This document shows, piece by piece, positions 45,345 to 49,352 of a stretch of DNA of 49,352 bases (the stretch's first letter is position 1; every line of letters begins with the position of its first letter). The translations under genes and the position numbers were made by a program. Source of the DNA: Octopus bimaculoides (taxonomy: Eukaryota); the NCBI RefSeq assembly GCF_001194135.2, contig NC_068982.1:162334065-162383416 (forward strand), in the 5' to 3' direction. Below the pieces are notes generated by a model. That model ran no database searches, was not told the origin of the DNA, and saw only the letters and a list, made by a program, of their open reading frames with translations.

Positions 45345-45495
45345 TCTGTGTATCTGTCTATCTCTTTCCATCTATCCTACGTGCCTGTCTATCTGTATAT
45401 CTATCTATCCATCTATCCATCTACCTGTTGATCTGTCAGACTACCCATCTATCTGTCTGTCTAGCTGTCTATCTACCTATCTACCCATCCGTTTA
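45345..45495 (-). repeat. Degenerate (TCTA/TCTG)n tract, inverted relative to 44475-44632
   Basis: Directly visible. Confidence 0.85.
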
Positions 45496-47009
45496 CCTCT
45501 TGTACACCAATACCTTAACACTTAGATAATGTTGTCTGGAATCCAGTTCATGATATGGTTATGTTCAGAATGTCATAGTTCTGGTCTGTCTGATGACTTG
45601 CTGTAAATAACAACAACAACAATAAATGTTTATTAAACCACTCTAAATTATTTTGAAAATTAGTTGAAACATGTAGGTTAAATAAAGATTTATTCTTTCA
45701 GGTTATTAACCCCATATTTAGATATGTAAAAAAATAACTATTTAGACATAATAGTGTATTGTTAGAAATATGGTTGGCAAAAGGATTATGATTTTATTGT
45801 TACCCATTTCTGATTGTCCTTTTTGACATTGTGATCAATGTCTTTCTGAAACACCTGTCAAATTAGCAGTTTTAGCCATGGTCCTCATATTTGGACAGAC
45901 ATGAAGAAAAATACTTGTAATACTAATACTGATTTTTGTTTTGCTAAACAGAGGCAAAATGTATAATTGAGTTTGTCTCCAGCAGAAATTGAACTCAAAG
46001 TACTGTACCAACTTTATTCATTCAATCAAACTATAACTTTAAAGGAGTTTGGCTCCTGCCACTGCATTGGGGGTTTTTTTTTTTCTGTTTTTCACCAAAT
46101 GTTCTGAATTTAGTTGAGGTGGTGGTTGTTGGGTTGGGTTAGAAGACTTTTGATCAAAGATGTAATTCCCCTTTTTTGTAAGGTATAATGTATCTGTCTA
46201 ATCAATAGTGTATTTTTAAAATGGTGTATTGGCTGGTATTTCTAGCAAGTCAATAGAGGCTCTTTTTTTAGTTTGATTTAGTTGACTTTGAAATGGTTTA
46301 CCTGGATAAAGAACCGTATGGTCATGCTCAGATATCAAGTAAATTAGTCCCCCTTCCTAAAGGTTAAACAGTTCCTGTGCCTCAAGAGTAAGCTCAGGGA
46401 GAGCAGGCAACCTGCAGTATAAATTGTAAATAAACCAACAGAAAGCAACTGGAAACTACTGTTGTATAGTGTTCCCGAGGAAAATCATGGGTCTTTGGGA
46501 TGAAGGTCACTGATACCTATAAAACTGGTATACAGTCTCTTTAAGGGCTGAATAAAACCAGAGGTGGAATTATGTGCTTAGGTAAGATAATTTTGGGCCA
46601 AAAAGTTACCAATTATACATTTGTCTACTTGTTTAGCATCAAATCGGCTCTGATCAAGCAGGCCTGTGGTCAGTCATTTCATTCTTGACCATCCGTTCTT
46701 CTTAGAGCTACTTCATATCTGGGATTACATTGTCAGTGTACTTATCCTTTTTTTAAATATGATAGGGTGTAATTTGAGAGAGATTATTAGCAAGTCGAGT
46801 GATTTGTCTCTCTTTCTAATACAGTTGGTTAGTTCTTAGCAACAACATTCAAGTCCATTTTCCTTGCTAAAGTGAGGTTAACTTTGCAGGTCCCATGGAC
46901 TTTAATCATACTTATCATGATTCCCTTATAGCCAGATGCCCTTCTTGTTGCCAAGCCTTTCAGTCACCTCTTACAATATGCAGGGATACAGTATATTTAT
47001 GCTAAAACT

Positions 47010-49270
47010 AGTAATGAACTTATTGTATACAATGTTCAGGTCCACTACAACTCACGAGAAAAAGTAATCAAATCTGCATGAACAGTACATAGAATATGCA
47101 CAGGAAGTGAACAGTGAAGAAGTCTTTACAGAAAAATGAAAAAATGGGGGTTACTGTTGGCAAATTTCAGGAAGCATGGAAGTTTTGAAGGATGTAGTGT
47201 CTTGACAGCTAACAACTGATGGAGGTAATTCATTCCGTGCTTTGGCAATTCTGAGCAAGAAAAATTATTTCTGAAAGTCATGGGTTTTTGATTTTGTAAG
47301 CATTTCCAGAAGTGTTAGACATGAATTTCAAAAAGGTGTGCAAGGTTGTTGGAAATTTGAATAATCTTGTGGGTGTCTTCCTAGTCAGTTACCAGACATC
47401 AGAGCTTTGTCTTCATGCCTAGGGAAGCAAGACATTCAGTGTATTGTAGATGCCTGACTGTGGGTATTTGTCTGGTTGCATGTTTCTGGGTAGTTTCCAG
47501 GAGATTGATATGTCAAGCAAGATAGGGGTTCCAGACTGGTGATGCAAACTCTGTGGACGTACCTTAGTCATATACAGTTTTAGATAGCTAGAGAGCAGCT
47601 GACAAAGGTCTTACTGAGTGTTACTAAGACACCCTCAACCTTCTTGACAATCTTAGAGATGTAGTTTGTCCAATGCAGATTGCTATTGACAATAATAACA
47701 GACTTCTCAAGATTATTTTTGAGGGAGTATAGCATATAGCATTTTTTTTTTATCCCAAGGTACTTGACGTCATCTGTATGTTTCAACACTAACATTTTTC
47801 AATTTGGCATCTATGCCATTAATATGTACTATAAACAGGGGTCTAAGAACAGATCCCTGTGGTTCACCAGATGTCATCTCATGGGTGAAGAATGATGTAC
47901 TAGGACTGTGACTGCCTCTTTTTGACTGAGAATGAAGGACTTCAACCAGTTATAGAGATCATCTTTCACACTCATTGCAGAGAGTTTTGCAATGAGTCAT
48001 TTTGTGTGGCACAGAATTGAAGGCTTTAGCAAAGTCAAGATAGATAGCATCCACTCATGAGCCACCATCAGCTGGAGTTGGGGATAAATCCAAATTGTGA
48101 GGGTCAAATAAGTCTGTGAGAGCTCTAGAAGTTTGTTTTTCTGACACAGAACTCCATTAATTTGGCAATGCAGTAAGTAAGACTGACTGGACAGGGGAAT
48201 AACACTGGGAGTTTTCCACTGTTCTGGAGTGACACAGTTATTAATGCAGAATTGGAAGAAGAATGAAAGCTGGTGCAAAAGAGCATATTATGTTTGATAA
48301 GCAGATAAGTAATGCCATCATTATCAGGAGAATCGTAGTTGCACTTATTCTTGAAGTGGCATTCCACAGATGTTATAGTGTTTGATGTTAGAGGTAATGC
48401 TGATGGTAAATTTGGATATTCAACAGTAAAAATGCCAGCATAGCATTCAACAATAAATTCTGTGAATTTTTTAGGATCATCAGAGTGAGATCTCTTTCTA
48501 ACTTACATATTTCCAGAACACTTTACTATCAGGGCTGGTTGTTGCATGTTGTTTAAATTCAAGCACTGCCTGTTTTGTCACTCACTTGAGATGAGTGGAT
48601 GATCTATTGTGTTGTCTTCTGTCCTGTTCTACATTGTCTATATTCCTGTTCATCACAACATCCTTTTCTGGCAAGTTGAACTACTGCAGTCTCCTAAATT
48701 ACACTTTGGGATTTTTAAGGCATTAAAGTAGTACTGATGCTTTACATGCAGCCCAGCTTGAACTGAGGATGTTCTGAAGTACAGTATTGACATCTCCAGA
48801 ATTGTAAAATTCAAACCAGTTTGCATGTTGTAACATTTCCAGTCTGCTGTGTTCCAATCCAAGTGAGCAGTTTGGAGATTCTTCTTGTTTCTGTTCATAA
48901 GAGAGAGATTGGCAATGATCAAAGCATGATCAGTCACCTAAAGGTTCCTCAGTAGTGATACTGATAACCATTTCAGGAGTAGTGGTAAAGAGTAGATCCA
49001 AAGTGTTGTTACCTCTTCTGGGGGAGGTGACTACTTGGGACTAGCTTGAATCCAGCACTACATCAAAGAAATCATTTGCACTTTGCTGGTGACTTCAACT
49101 CTACTGAGAGTGGTTGGGAAATCTTTCATTGGCCACAATGAAAACATAAGTGGCTATTTTCCTAGATGCAGCTCTGAGGATGTCAAAAAGCTATGTGTCT
49201 TGATGGTAATTTGGTGAGCGGTAGCCAACTCCAAATAGCAGTGTTGGCATGTTCATGTGCTTATCACAAA
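47010..49270 (-). mobile_element. CR1/L2-group LINE ORF2 fossil (APE to RT to 3' end)
   Basis: RGNNTLDLLFTTTPE (APE C-terminus), DFAKAFNSV and SGEPQGSVLRPLF remnants, with many stops and frameshifts. Confidence 0.8.
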
Positions 49271-49352
49271 AGAATACCTATTATTGGTTCAAATAATCAC
49301 AGATTGAAAATGTGACATATTGGCTGAAATTGTTTTTTTTTTTTTTTTTTTT

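Overview
AT-rich, repeat-dense eukaryotic draft scaffold with seven N-gaps (7636-8187, 8759-9481, 10269-11094, 12183-12668, 20617-21534, 22303-22880, 23740-23860). The repeat inventory (RTE tails ending in (GAT)n, tRNA-headed SINEs, long AT/AC microsatellites) looks like an octopus genome; this is an inference. Most long ORFs in the supplied track are artefacts of N-runs or microsatellites. Recognisable content: (1) a young, two-LTR Ty3/Gypsy element of CsRn1 type on the minus strand (7271-13019) with gag, a G_GGA_AAC -1 frameshift signal plus stem-loop, and a disabled pol, inserted into a fossil hAT transposase; (2) a CR1-type LINE split at its RT motif by both a 1-kb solo LTR and a SINE; (3) fossil mariner, Buster/Charlie hAT, Tx1/L1, RTE and CR1/L2 fragments and several foldback/MITE elements; (4) a few candidate exons of two divergently oriented, unidentified host genes. 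The most interesting signal is a cluster of minimal Type I hammerhead ribozyme motifs in at least four unrelated sequence contexts: one with an intact core (23172-23223, +), one forming an arm of a 162-bp palindrome (36058-36119, +), one with a long helix-II loop (21817-21896, -), and one built into a tRNA-headed SINE present in three copies (15.5, 31.7 and 45.0 kb). One copy of that SINE is an inverted, twin-priming-like insertion whose 12-bp target duplication is a splice donor. All RNA structures were folded by eye and none is tested.
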